64,000 nt of DNA, from NCBI GenBank assembly GCA_000165425.1, contig CT868000.1:62001-126000 (forward strand), read 5' to 3'. Made by a program: the position numbers and the translations under genes. The notes below the pieces were generated by a model. The model searched no databases. It saw nothing but the letters and a program-made list of their open reading frames with translations, and had not been told where the DNA came from. Numbering within the stretch: position 1 is the stretch's first letter; each line of letters opens with the position of its first letter. Below, piece after piece: positions 52,886 through 64,000 of the stretch. This stretch comes from Paramecium tetraurelia (Eukaryota).

Positions 52886-53663
52886 ATGGTTTACAAAATC
52901 AGAAATAAGTCATTCTTCTGGACTAGAGCAGGATGGAAAAACAATTGGCATCCTAAGAATTTTAATGCCCCAAGACCATCAAGCTCTGAATTCACCATCG
53001 GTATTAGATGTCGTTATGATCATAATTCATTTTTGAGAGGCAATGAAATAAATTTTATTTATTAGCTTACCATTCATACAGAAAGATCTCTAGACACTGT
53101 AAGTAGTACTTCTTTGGCAACAAGGAATTGGAAGAATTATTTTAGATGGGTTTGAGAACATTTTTCATTGTGCCACACATTGCTGAATGTCAAGTCACTC
53201 AAATCAAGCATGGTGGTGAAAGAAGAATGGTTGATTAAATCGATAGAGATTTTGAATTGGTATCTTACAATTCTCATCCATATTAATTGTTTACATACTC
53301 TGTTTGGAATTAATATTTAGCCAATCAACAAGAAGCTTATGAATAGAGAAAGAATGGTGGCCAGGCTATTGAGGATCAAGTGATCGATCATATTAGGTAT
53401 GTATTTTAAGTACTATTCCGAAGTGAATTGGTGAAGGATGAAAAAGCTAAATTGGGAGCTGGAAAACAATTGAGCATTGAGAAAACAGCAGAGATTGTCA
53501 TGAATGTGATGAGACAATTGAGAGCAGCCCAATAGAGACCCAATCTTAATAATAGGTAGAGATTTAACTTTTATAGGGAAGACGTGCTGATGGAGAATTT
53601 GATGACTTCCTTGAGTAAAGAAGACCATTCACAGCTCCAAATAACTAATCAGCTACTCATTGA
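52886..53663 (+). CDS. Protein of unknown function, about 232 aa, first intron probably GC-AG
   Basis: MVYKIRNKSFFWTRAGWKNNWHPKNF... with codon bias resembling the ribosomal protein genes. Introns 53040-53065, 53397-53423 and 53556-53581 give 233 codons. Confidence 0.8.
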
Positions 53664-53722
53664 GCTGATTATATTAAAAACAATATATAACAACTTATTA
53701 ATTATATTATTTATGTATTATT

Positions 53723-55640
53723 TCAATATTGTAAAGCTTCCTAAGCATAAAATTTAACGTCTCTGTCGTTGTCATCGGTCATTTCATTTATTGCTCTACA
53801 TTACTATTAAATCTATACTATTTTATTTGATTCAGAGTGCCTTGATGGTCAATCTTTTTTGATAATGTCTTTGCCACCTTTATACTAACAAATCTAATAT
53901 TCGGAACGACGTCCTTCATGCACTTCTATACGATTGGCCATAACTTATCCGTGATTGTAGGCCCATCAGCCACTAAGCCAATTTGTTAAATAGCATATAA
54001 GGCATTCATCCTATACAAGAAACCAGTATCCTTATTGAGAGTTTCCAAGCATTTAGACAAAAAGCTTCCCAATGCCCAATCAATTTTGTAGGTTTAGATT
54101 AGATCATTCAATCTGCTCAACCCTATAGTTCTAACTTCAGCTGCTCTGTCCTTCAAAAACATAACATAGACTGGTTCTAATTGCTTGATGAATACTTCTG
54201 AATTCTTAATTGTTCTAAGATGATAAATCAGAAATACAATGCAAGTTGAATGACTGTTTATATGATTTCTTTTCTGACTCTCCATTTAGGATCCTCCATG
54301 CATTTTTTCAAATGAGGAATGAATTACCCTAAAGAATCAGAACCAAGTGCAGCTGCAAAAACACCAACTGATTAAGCTGCATTCTTTCTTACATCCTAAT
54401 TGTCATCACTCATTAATTCAATTAGGTAGGATTGCAATTTGCTTTAACTATTATCTCGAGGTAAAATAGTAGCAATCTATCCAATAACTAAACAGGCCAT
54501 TTCTGATAATTATCAATAAGTATTTACATTTCACTTATGCAAATGCATCCTTAGCTAATAATTATAATAATGGAATTATAAGATTTAGTTTCTCTGGAGA
54601 TACAAATTTAATAAATTTAGCCAGACTTTTCACAGCTACAACTCTAACATCACTCTCAGGATCTTTTAATAAGTTAGAAAAGATCTAAATTAAAGAGGAG
54701 TCTGCAATCTCTTTACCCACAGCTTCAGCTAACTTAATATTTTTAGTTAATAAAGTACTTCTGCAAATATCTTAGACAATGCCAATCTTACTCTCCATGA
54801 TTTATCTTCTGCTGAAGATATGATCAGTGGCAATATGTTTGTTTTATTTTCATTGATATTAAGGATGTTAGCAATGTTCATTATGCTTTCCATACACAAT
54901 AATCTAACTTAATCTTATTCATCTTAGCATAATTATTTCAAAACAGTTATCAAAACTTCAATAACATGATTTTTATCCATGTATTATGCAATTTCACCTA
55001 TTTTTGTTGCCACTGCTCTTCGAACCATGGGTGTTTCTTCACTGCATAGCTCAGTGAATTTTCTAATAGGTTAGTTTACATTAAGTACTATCTAAGTTTT
55101 TCTTTCTAATTTCCAGCTCTAGCATACATGGGACACATTAAGCTAACAGCAGACACTCTACATGTGAAATTGGCTTCATTTGATGCTAGTTTTAGAATCT
55201 AGAAATCCTTTAAAACTTTTTACCAATGGGACTATTGTGTTAGAAATTTCATTGTCTCCCAAAAAGCCACACACAATAATAATTGATTTAACAGCTTATT
55301 CTCTTACAACAGTCTCATCAAATCCAGCCAATTGCTCCAAAATAGGCAATAAGCATATCGATTATTATGGAATTATTTGACTAAATAAACCTATTCAAAT
55401 ACGCAATGTAGCCTAGCTCTTCTGCCATAGCAAATAAGACTTCATCATCTTCCTTTTTCATTAAAGCTGCAAATTTATTATCATATAGTTACTTTCAAAA
55501 TATGGCAAAAGAACAGACTTTATTTTATCTGTCCCTAAAAGCGTTGCGATAACTCTAACTCTGTGCATCGCATTGACCTTTAGATACAATTCCTCGTTTT
55601 CCATATCATCCTTAAAAATATCCATTGGATTATCACCCAT
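53723..55640 (-). CDS. PPP2R1: Protein phosphatase 2A scaffold (A/PR65) subunit, HEAT repeats
   Basis: DDEVLFAMAEEL, DETVVRE, EETPMVRRAVA, EDKSWRVR, LKDPESDVR, KDVVPNIRF and DDNDRDVKFYA. Confidence 0.95.
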
Positions 55641-55687
55641 TATTGATTGATTTAAATCTTTAATTATATATTATATTTTTTATAGAT

Positions 55688-57543
55688 TCAATTTACATAC
55701 TCTGACAATCCCATGTCTGCAGCCTCCTACAATGCTTTACTTAACATATCCTAAACAAAGGTCTAGTCTGATTTTAAAGACAAAGATTTGTGATAATAAT
55801 GAATTGCCTTGCTCAGACTGTTTGGCAACTCACTCAAATGATAAGAAAATGCCAAGCCAAAAAATATTTATGGAGAAACTGAATTTAACTACAATAAATC
55901 TCATTTAATTACCTAGATGCACTTTTCAAATATTTATATTGCATTTTTATAATCCCTTTATTTCCTAAAGGAGTGTCCCAAATTCTAAAGTGCAGATTCC
56001 CTGATCTTGTGATTTGAATTTTGACAGAACACTAAAGCATTCAAGAAATACTATATTCACATTATATCTTACATCTTTGGCTTCATTATATTTCTTCTGT
56101 TTATAAGCAATGACTCCCAATTCATTTTGAATCATGGGATCAGTAGGATTGATGTCCTTAGCCTATTACAAAGACAAGATTGCAGTCTACAAATTGTTTG
56201 TCCTCAAATACTCCATTCCAATATAAACATGTGCTTGATAACAACCAGGGAATTGTCGAGTGATCGATCTGTATATTGACATGGCCTAATCTGATTCATC
56301 TTGAATAGCATAAGAATGTGCCAACCCTATCCAACTGTAAATAAGATGTTAATTTAATTGTATGGATTTCTGAAACTATTTTCTTGCGACTTCGTATTTC
56401 TTCGTTGAGAAATAGTACACTCCAACAACAAACCAACTCAAAGCATTTGAAGCATAGTTCTCTATCAAATTATGAGCACAAAAATATAATTCGGCTATCT
56501 AATCCAATTCCAATAAGCATGACACATAAGTTGGAATCACATCAAAATACAATGGATCTTACTTAATAGCTTTTAATGACCAATCATATGCAGATGCTAT
56601 ATCATAACTATAATATGCCTTCTTAGCCTTAACATTCAGAATGTCAATGTTATTCTTCTTGTCCAATGTTAAGTAGACTAAATCATTTTGAATTGGAATT
56701 TCCTCCTTTCTAATGTAAGGACTTCTTATGGGTGATGGTTTCAAATGTTGAGTCTCCACTTTATCCACTATCTGCAATTACTAAGATATCTTTCTTTTCT
56801 CTTCTTACAAGTGATCTGCTAATTTCTGATTCCCAATGTCACAATTTATCGTCTTGCTTACATAATAGTCTTTCAACCAAGCTTCATCTGAGCTTAGTTA
56901 TATCTATTGGATGAGGTTCTCCTTCTCATCAGAAGAGATTAAATAGGAATCCACTAATTATTAGAAAACTCGCACATTTGTTGGAGTCTTCTATAAGCAC
57001 TCATAGTAATTTGAAACTGCCAATTATTTATTTTCTAGTGCCTCATAACATTGTCCTCTTATCCAATCACTTTAGGACGTTATTTCATCTTGCAATATCT
57101 CTATTCCTAATTCATATTGCTTGTTTGCATACAAGGCTCTAGCGGCTAACACTGCAAAATCACCTTGTGTAAGTTTGTGCTTTAAAAACAAATTATATAC
57201 TCCAGAATATTCAGCATTTGAAAAATGACACTAAAATTATTATAGTAAGTAATATTACAATTCCAAGCATAAATACCAAATATGCCTATATATTTTAATC
57301 CTGATTCAGGCATAATAACTTCTCAGCAAAAAAGATAGCCTACTTGTATTACCCCTAAAGATAGCTACTAATTCCCAATTAATAAATGTTCATAAATGAT
57401 GGATTGTTTAACAATTGATTTGTAAAAATTGAGTTCGAAGAAGGATTAAAATAAGGAAGTTGAACTTCATAGTACATGTTTGAGTATTTCTAAGGTTCGC
57501 TAGCTTATCTGATTATTTTTGATGTCTTTTTTTGAATTGACAT
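55688..57543 (-). CDS. CDC16: Anaphase-promoting complex subunit APC6/Cdc16 (TPR)
   Basis: AIFFAEKL, SWFVVGVYY, WIGLAHSYAIQDESDQAMSIYR, HVYIGMEY and DPMIQNELGV. Confidence 0.93.
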
Positions 57544-58040
57544 TAAACTATTATGTTTAAAATTTGAATTTTTATATTAATTTTATGCTCACTCTAATTA
57601 TATTTACTAATGTCCATTTATTTTAGGAATAAAAGTTATGGCCAACTTAATTCAAATTAAATTCAATTGTTTCGACAAATAAATTGAGAATAAACTTTAA
57701 AATATTACAATGTCAAATTTCGAATTAGAAATGAAAATTGCATTACTTTGTTGATATCAGAACTCAAGATGTTTAAATGATAACACTGAATCTTTATATG
57801 TAAATGATTCATCAAAATAAAGATTTATGAAATGTCTTCATTCTGATCTATTAATAGGTTAATTAATCTTCATATTATTTGTCTCTTTAATTGTTGTGTG
57901 TAAGTAATTTATTCTATTGGATGAGTGGATATCAATTTTATATAATTATTTATAATCTATCATCTTATAAGTTTTATAAATTGCTCATAATAAATTTATA
58001 ATTTGTAAAAATTTTTACTTCTTTGAACCTAATAGAGACA

Positions 58041-58047
58041 TATAAAA
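58041..58047 (+). promoter_or_regulatory. TATA-like element about 30 nt upstream of the 5S rRNA gene
   Basis: TATAAAA at about -29. The AT-rich background makes this weak evidence. Confidence 0.35.
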
Positions 58048-58069
58048 GCTTAAGCTCAATGTAAATATC

Positions 58070-58189
58070 GTTGTCGGCCATACTAAGCCTAAAGCACCGG
58101 ATCCCATTCGAACTCCGAAGTTAAGCGGCTTAAGGCGAGGTTAGTACTAAGGTGGGGGACCGCTTGGGAAGTCCTCGTGTTGACAACCC
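58070..58189 (+). rRNA. 5S: 5S rRNA
   Basis: 120-nt GC-rich island GTTGTCGGCCATAC...GATCCCATTCGAACTCCGAAGTTAAGC...TTAGTACT...TGGGAA...TTGACAACCC. Terminal stem GTTGTC/GACAAC. Confidence 0.98.
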
Positions 58190-58196
58190 TTTTTTT
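58190..58196 (+). terminator. Pol III oligo-T terminator
   Basis: T7 run immediately after the 5S 3' end. Confidence 0.85.
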
Positions 58197-58902
58197 ATTT
58201 TATTTTATAGTTATAAAATTTAATTAAAATTTATCAAAATTATTATTATATTAATAATCTGCATATATTTTTACAAATTTATTATCATTCTAAATTTTGA
58301 GTTTATGAATAAATAAATTGAAAATGAGAAAACTTAATTGATTAGAGTTTGGATTGTTCATTGGTATACCTCTTTGAAATAAAATCTTGATATTTTAGAA
58401 TATTTAGTGGATAAAATAGTTTATCAGGTTTAAAGACATAATTGTAATAAATATTATTGATTTATCAAGATATGAGGAATAAAAAGGAATCCAATATTCT
58501 TAGTAGATATCTTGGGCTAATACCTTGTAAAATAATAAAATAAAATGGGTTCGTTTTTTATTGAATAAAATCGAGATGATTTTATTTGGTTTTATATCAA
58601 TTACTATTTTATAAAGTGAGAGAAAGATGAAAAAAAAGAACAAAAACAGTATTTTCCATTTTTTATATGAATAAATCAAATATCAAAATTTGATGGATAA
58701 CCAATTTTTTTCTTCATTAGTTGATATTTAGATTCAATTTACAAGAATTTAGATATATATAATGAACAAAGTTTATATAATTTGATAAAATTATATATGC
58801 ATAATTAATGATAATTTAGAATTTTTTCGAATGACATTCCAAAAAGTTCTTATATGTTCATATGAATATATTGTTGGAAGCTAGAAAAAATAATTTTATT
58901 TT

Positions 58903-59298
58903 ATGAATAATCACCAACTTTATAGAGTTGAATATAACAAATCCATGTCAGAATAGAAATTAAATACCTTTAGAAAATATTGTGAGCTTTCTTTAGAATA
59001 AAAGAAAGATCTGGAATGTTTTACTCTAATCAAGCATTTCATAAATAAGTAAGATGATTACTAGGATACTGATTCTTCTAATGCTTCCAGTGCTTCTGAG
59101 ACTTCAAATACGGTGCACATGGAAGGAAATGAATAGCAATAGATATGCATACAAATGTTTGATATTATAAGATAAATGAAAAGAGCAGTAAAACAATCTT
59201 AAAAATTATGTTCCTCCAAGATAAAAAAATTAAATAAGGTTATAGAAAAGAGAAATAAAGAAATCAACATGATTAAAATTAGACTTGGTCTGTAGTGA
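58903..59298 (+). CDS. Hypothetical protein, 131 aa
   Basis: Intronless ATG..TGA ORF of 132 codons. Confidence 0.6.
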
Positions 59299-59352
59299 AT
59301 AAAACTATTACTATATAGTTAATTAAATGTAAAATACATTTATATAAATTAA

Positions 59353-61325
59353 TCACTTTTCTAACTCAAAATTAATTATGAATTCATTAATATCTTAATT
59401 ATCGTCTTCTGTTTTTAACTTAAATTACTATAATTACAATTATATACCAATTGTTTAAGTGATCTTTGGTTAAACTTTTCTTTCGATGCAAGACTCTTGA
59501 TCTACAGAGATTAAGTTTCAATCAATTTGAATAATTTCTCAACAACTTTTTCTGGATCAACTTGTGAACCAGAGTCATTTGAAAATAATCTTTTTCTTAT
59601 CAAGTTTATGCTATTGGAATCTTTTTTTATCATGTCTGTTACTTTATCAGAAGCGATGGCTTCTTTTAAAATCTAGTGTTCGTCCTCTTGTTTAAACTGA
59701 AATTTAAATAAGGAATTTACATTTCTTTATTGTTTTTTCATATCTTTTTCTCTGTTTTAATATCCCAAAATCACACTTGATTGATTATCAATGTATTTAA
59801 CCAATCTATCATAGATTTTATCAGGATCGAATTTAAGATTGACTTCTTCAGGGAAGTATTTTCTTTATAATAAATTCGCACTAACGATAACTTTCCTAAG
59901 ATATGCTTATAGTTTTTCATTAGATGAAATTTAAATCATTTTTTCTAAATTGGATAACATTTCTATAGGATCGACCAAATTTGCTCTTGGTCCATCATCC
60001 ATTTTATCAGGTAAGAGAGCTTTGGCTTTTGTCGTCCAATTGCAATAAACATTCATGATTTTTTTGAATAAGGTCATGTACATTTCTTTGTATTATTCAA
60101 GTTCTTTGTTTGGTTAATCTTAATTCTGATTTTGGTTGGATGATTACTAAACTTTATACATAGACAAATCTTAAATTTTTGATTCAAACTCTCTTTTTTA
60201 TTATTGTAAGGATTTTTCAAGAAATCTCTTGTCTTCTTCTAAATCTGCTGTTTTCTTGGTGAGTGTTAAAACAGTGTTTTCAAAATACTCATATCTATCA
60301 ATAATCTTCTCAGCTGAAAAGTCCACAAATTTTTTAGTCATAATTCTGTATTCTGGTAAAAACTTTTCGAGATCAACACTGACCCGTTTGATATCATCCA
60401 ATTGGACTTTTGATTATTTTAATTCTTTTTATAATTGCTAATTTTTAAAGTTTAGACTTTCATTGGATGATTGCAATTCAAAGATTTTGTTTTTTGCCAT
60501 TTCTAATTAATCTTTGAGTTCAGAACTAAGTTTGATGAAATAAATACTTTTCTCTTATGAATTTATCAACCTAATTTAACATTTGTAAGCTAATCCCATG
60601 TAATAATGCTTTAGATTCAGCAAGGATTTTATCCTTAGCAACGTTTTGAATCATCTGATGTAGAGTTTGTTCAGCCCTTTATTTGATGTCCATAATATTT
60701 TTTCTCCTAGGATTCATGGTTGCAATTTCAGAAGCATTTTTCACAAGTCCATCTATAATTTTCCTGGGTTGAAAACTTTGAGTTTTGAGCATTAATTTCC
60801 GTTACAAATTTTGGGATGTTACTTTTGTTTTGGTGTTCAAAGCACTCTTATATAATGGAAAACATTAGTTACATTAACTTATTGTTTTAGTTCATCATCC
60901 AATGCTTCTGGTTTTGTGTAAATGTAATTGCCAAAGGCATCAAAAACTATGCGATGAAAGTTCTTTCTGAATTGATCGTATTCATCGACATTTATCTTCA
61001 ACTCCTTATCGAAGTAATCTTCAGGACCGTCTATTTCAGCTTGATCATTCTTCACTCTCAAATTGCAAGTCCCAACTTCTGATTTACTAATCCCTTCGAC
61101 TCTTTTCCTTTCCTGCAATTTTTTTAAGCTCCTGGGTGTAAGACTGGTGGGATTCGTATATCTATTGTTTTTAATGGATGTATCGAGACCATCCTCAGAA
61201 GGTTAAGACATCCTAATCTCTATGATCAAATAGTACAATATTTATTTTGTGTGAGTCAGTGCAGTTTATGGTCTAGTGTACGACGTCTAAACTGATTAAG
61301 GAGTTTTTGTTACGGAATTATGCAT
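59353..61325 (-). CDS. Hypothetical coiled-coil protein
   Basis: Long code-6 frame that includes the ORF-track fragments at 60879-61118 and 60201-60401. Tiny introns present. Confidence 0.72.
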
Positions 61326-61534
61326 TATAATAATAAAAATTATCAAGAACCCAAAATTTTTGTTATTCCAAGCAAATTATTCATAACTTTATGTTTCAAT
61401 AATTGGCAATCCAGCTGACATTTCTGGTCTCGAAGTGATTGACTCAACAATATGAATTTAGATGATGATGATGATCTATTAAATATAAAGTGTTATATAA
61501 TTTTCGGAAATTTAGAGATATAATAATAAAAAAT

Positions 61535-62445
61535 ATGTTTTCACTTCCAGGAAGCAAATAACGCATTTTGTTACCACAAAGACACAAGACTATTTGCTTC
61601 AAACCAGAAGTATAAGTAACCCAAAAACTGAAACACGCCAAGGCTCTTCACCCATTTCATTAATAGTTGAAACCCATCTCGTCTAAATGCTTAGAATATG
61701 CTCTTTCAACCAGGTAGGAAGATTAGACTATTATAAGTTCAAGTGAATCAGAAGGAGAATGTGAGAACAACAAAAGTTGTCATTGCAAGGATTGTGGACA
61801 TTAATCCCAAAAAATGAAACATATCAAAAAGAAATATCGACGTTTCAGTCCTGTGATGCATGGTAAAATGAGAGAAAGGAGAAATAAACTCAAACAGAAA
61901 TTTAAAAATGCAGTTTATGTTATTATGTGGATGCTAAAATTAGTGATTCTGAGAAAGAAAAAACCTGTGATAATCAAAAAAATAGTGAGATTGAAAACCA
62001 AATTGTTTGAAACTCCTCCAGAACCACCCCAACAAGACCAGTAGATTATTTATCTAGAAGTATTATCATAATTCTATGTGTGAAGCCTATCCAGCCAGTG
62101 CAAGTTTAAATGATTGATTTTAAACACAAGCAGCGATAATCAATTGTCAACTATCTCAACAATAAATTGCATGATTAAGAACCCCATCTAAATAAATATC
62201 AGTTATCACTTACTAAAATAAGACAACAAAATAATCTCTCCAGTAGCCATTCCAGATTACTGCTAAAACCATTGAAAACCTAAAATTGTGAAGTTCTAAC
62301 TCCACAAAGAAATTAACTGCATTCTATCATACACAAGGCTACCCCTCCACATCAATCCTCAAATTCGCCATATCTAAAATAACCCCCTTTAACTACAAGA
62401 TCAAAATATTTATAAACTAGACTTTTCCTATCTGGCAGATATTGA
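61535..62445 (+). CDS. Hypothetical basic protein, about 294 aa
   Basis: ATG 61535 is in frame with ORF 61814. Contains CHCKDCG. One 26-nt intron gives 295 codons. Confidence 0.65.
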
Positions 62446-62846
62446 TTTTGTGAATAGTTTACACTATGTAAATTGCAAATATATGTTATAAGTTATAATT
62501 TCGATATTTTTTTGAAACTAAAAGTTAATTATTACAAGCTAAATTCTAATAGAAAAATATTATATATATATCTAAACAACATATTATTATGAACTCTGTT
62601 CTACACAAAATTTTAATAAAGAAGGTATTAATTTTTAATACTATAAAATTTATAGTACCTTTTTATGAATTTTTACTCTAATAATAATTATAATATAACA
62701 TCTAAAGAAGATTTAATGATTCTCTAATATTATCTCAATATCAATCTTAAACTAGATTGAACAAACAAACTGTGGAATGAAATAAAAAGAAATTGATATT
62801 GCATTTTAATGAATTTAAATTTAAAACGTTCATAAATATAATAATC

Positions 62847-63566
62847 TCAATTACCTTTTTCTTTAATTTTTTTATAAACATTGTCTTAGTATTTAATTTA
62901 CTTTTTGATTTCTTTATACCTGTTACAAAGTAAAAACAAAATAAAGGTTAGGATTAATAAAAGTAGTACTAAAATGATGCCCAAAATAATAACAGCTTCA
63001 TAATCTGCCTTGTTGGTCTCATACTATGTTCATAACTCTAATTAGAGTACCTACAAATTCATTGAGAAATCTACCAAAATCCCTTCTTAAGAAGTAATAT
63101 ATCTATTATAAATTATAAATGCAGGAGTGATAAGTGTTTCAGGTTTTTAGATTATAACAGGGTATAGAAAATTGGAAATGGTTAGATTTTAGAAGCCATC
63201 GCATATGAGAAACGGCAATTAGGAATGATTCCCATTGATGTTTTGTTTGAGATGGGAAGTGACAATCTATTAGCATTGATATTCATCATCTTCAATAAAG
63301 ATATTTTCCTTAAGGCAATCCTAGTAGTTTAATTTTAAAACAGCCACACAATGATACTCGTAAGAGGAGGAATCTGGAATGTAAAGTAATGTGTAAGGGT
63401 GATTGGCTGATATGCTAAGATTGAAGTTGAGGTTCCCGAATTAATAGTTTGTTGTGAATTGCTTAATGATGGACAGATGAACGACTGCTTGTTCTTGTTT
63501 TTTAATCGAATATGACTGTGATATAAGAGTAGCGTGAGCCACACAAAATAACAAATAAATAATCAT
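62847..63566 (-). CDS. Type I membrane protein (signal peptide, Cys-containing ectodomain, C-terminal TM), 230 aa
   Basis: MIIYLLFCVAHA...; TM AVIILGIILVLLLLILTFILFLLC followed by a basic tail. 27-nt intron 63024-63050. Confidence 0.75.
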
Positions 63567-63624
63567 TTTATAATAATGAATAAAAGTATGAGTTATTATT
63601 ATTTATAATATTAAATAACTGATA

Positions 63625-64000
63625 ATGTTTAGCAAGAATAGACAGGAATAGTTGAGAACATTCATGGCAGAAAATCAGGATCCGATGATTTTGACAAGCA
63701 TGCTTCAATAGTTGAATTATTGTGTGGACAGATGCTCATAGGAGTTGGCTTAGGGAAACAATGAGATAAAGAATGTGTAGGTGGATAAGAAGTTGAAGAG
63801 CGAAAGGACAAAAAGGGCTGTTAGTTAGGACAATACGTGTTACAATCCTCTGTGGTTGATAAATAAGGACAAGAGAAGAATTGTTGAGCGACATAATTAA
63901 GAATTTAATACATTTTTACCTTAAGTAAGTAGATTGATTTGAATTTGAGAGTTTGTTTGGACTGAAAAGGACAAGGAACAAGAGTAGCCAAATCAAAGAT
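63625..64000 (+). CDS. Hypothetical protein, 5' part only
   Basis: ATG 63625 with an open frame and a GTAAGT intron start near 63925. Runs off the window. Confidence 0.6.

Noticed and set aside
1..64000. Most short ORF-track entries as independent genes
   Set aside because: They were computed with TAA/TAG as stops and without introns. They are fragments or antisense shadows of the code-6 genes.
1..64000. Retained IESs, transposons, telomeric repeats, CRISPR
   Set aside because: The genes I checked are restored by GT..AG tiny introns alone. I saw no transposase motifs, C4A2/C3A3 tracts or repeat-spacer arrays. IESs in intergenic DNA cannot be excluded by eye.

Overview
Very AT-rich, gene-dense eukaryotic DNA that looks like a Paramecium macronuclear chromosome segment. 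Genes use ciliate code 6 (TAA/TAG = Gln, TGA the only stop), have tiny 20-31 nt GT..AG introns, and are often separated by under 100 bp. The supplied ORF track uses the wrong code, so I re-translated genes by hand and coordinates may be off by a few nt. About 40 protein genes are supported: three cyclic-nucleotide-binding K+ channels, SEY1/RHD3, an LC4-like EF-hand protein, a large PAS-like membrane protein, HMG-CoA lyase, a bromodomain-ET protein, a TTLL3-type glycylase, VPS35, eL42, a C2-XYPPX protein, oligoribonuclease, cold-shock and RRM proteins, an MFSD1-like transporter, a 3-repeat Myb, a mid-SUN protein, PRP19, eL31, PP2A-A, CDC16 and several orphans. There is also one 5S rRNA gene and several likely pseudogenes. 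I saw no mobile element, CRISPR array, tRNA, telomere or retained IES. The most unusual observations are architectural: an ATGA stop/start overlap between the Myb and SUN genes, two divergent genes whose ATGs are 7 bp apart, a probable GC-AG tiny intron, and in-frame TGA codons at positions where Trp would fit. I found no clear multi-gene novel system, and the findings are hypotheses.
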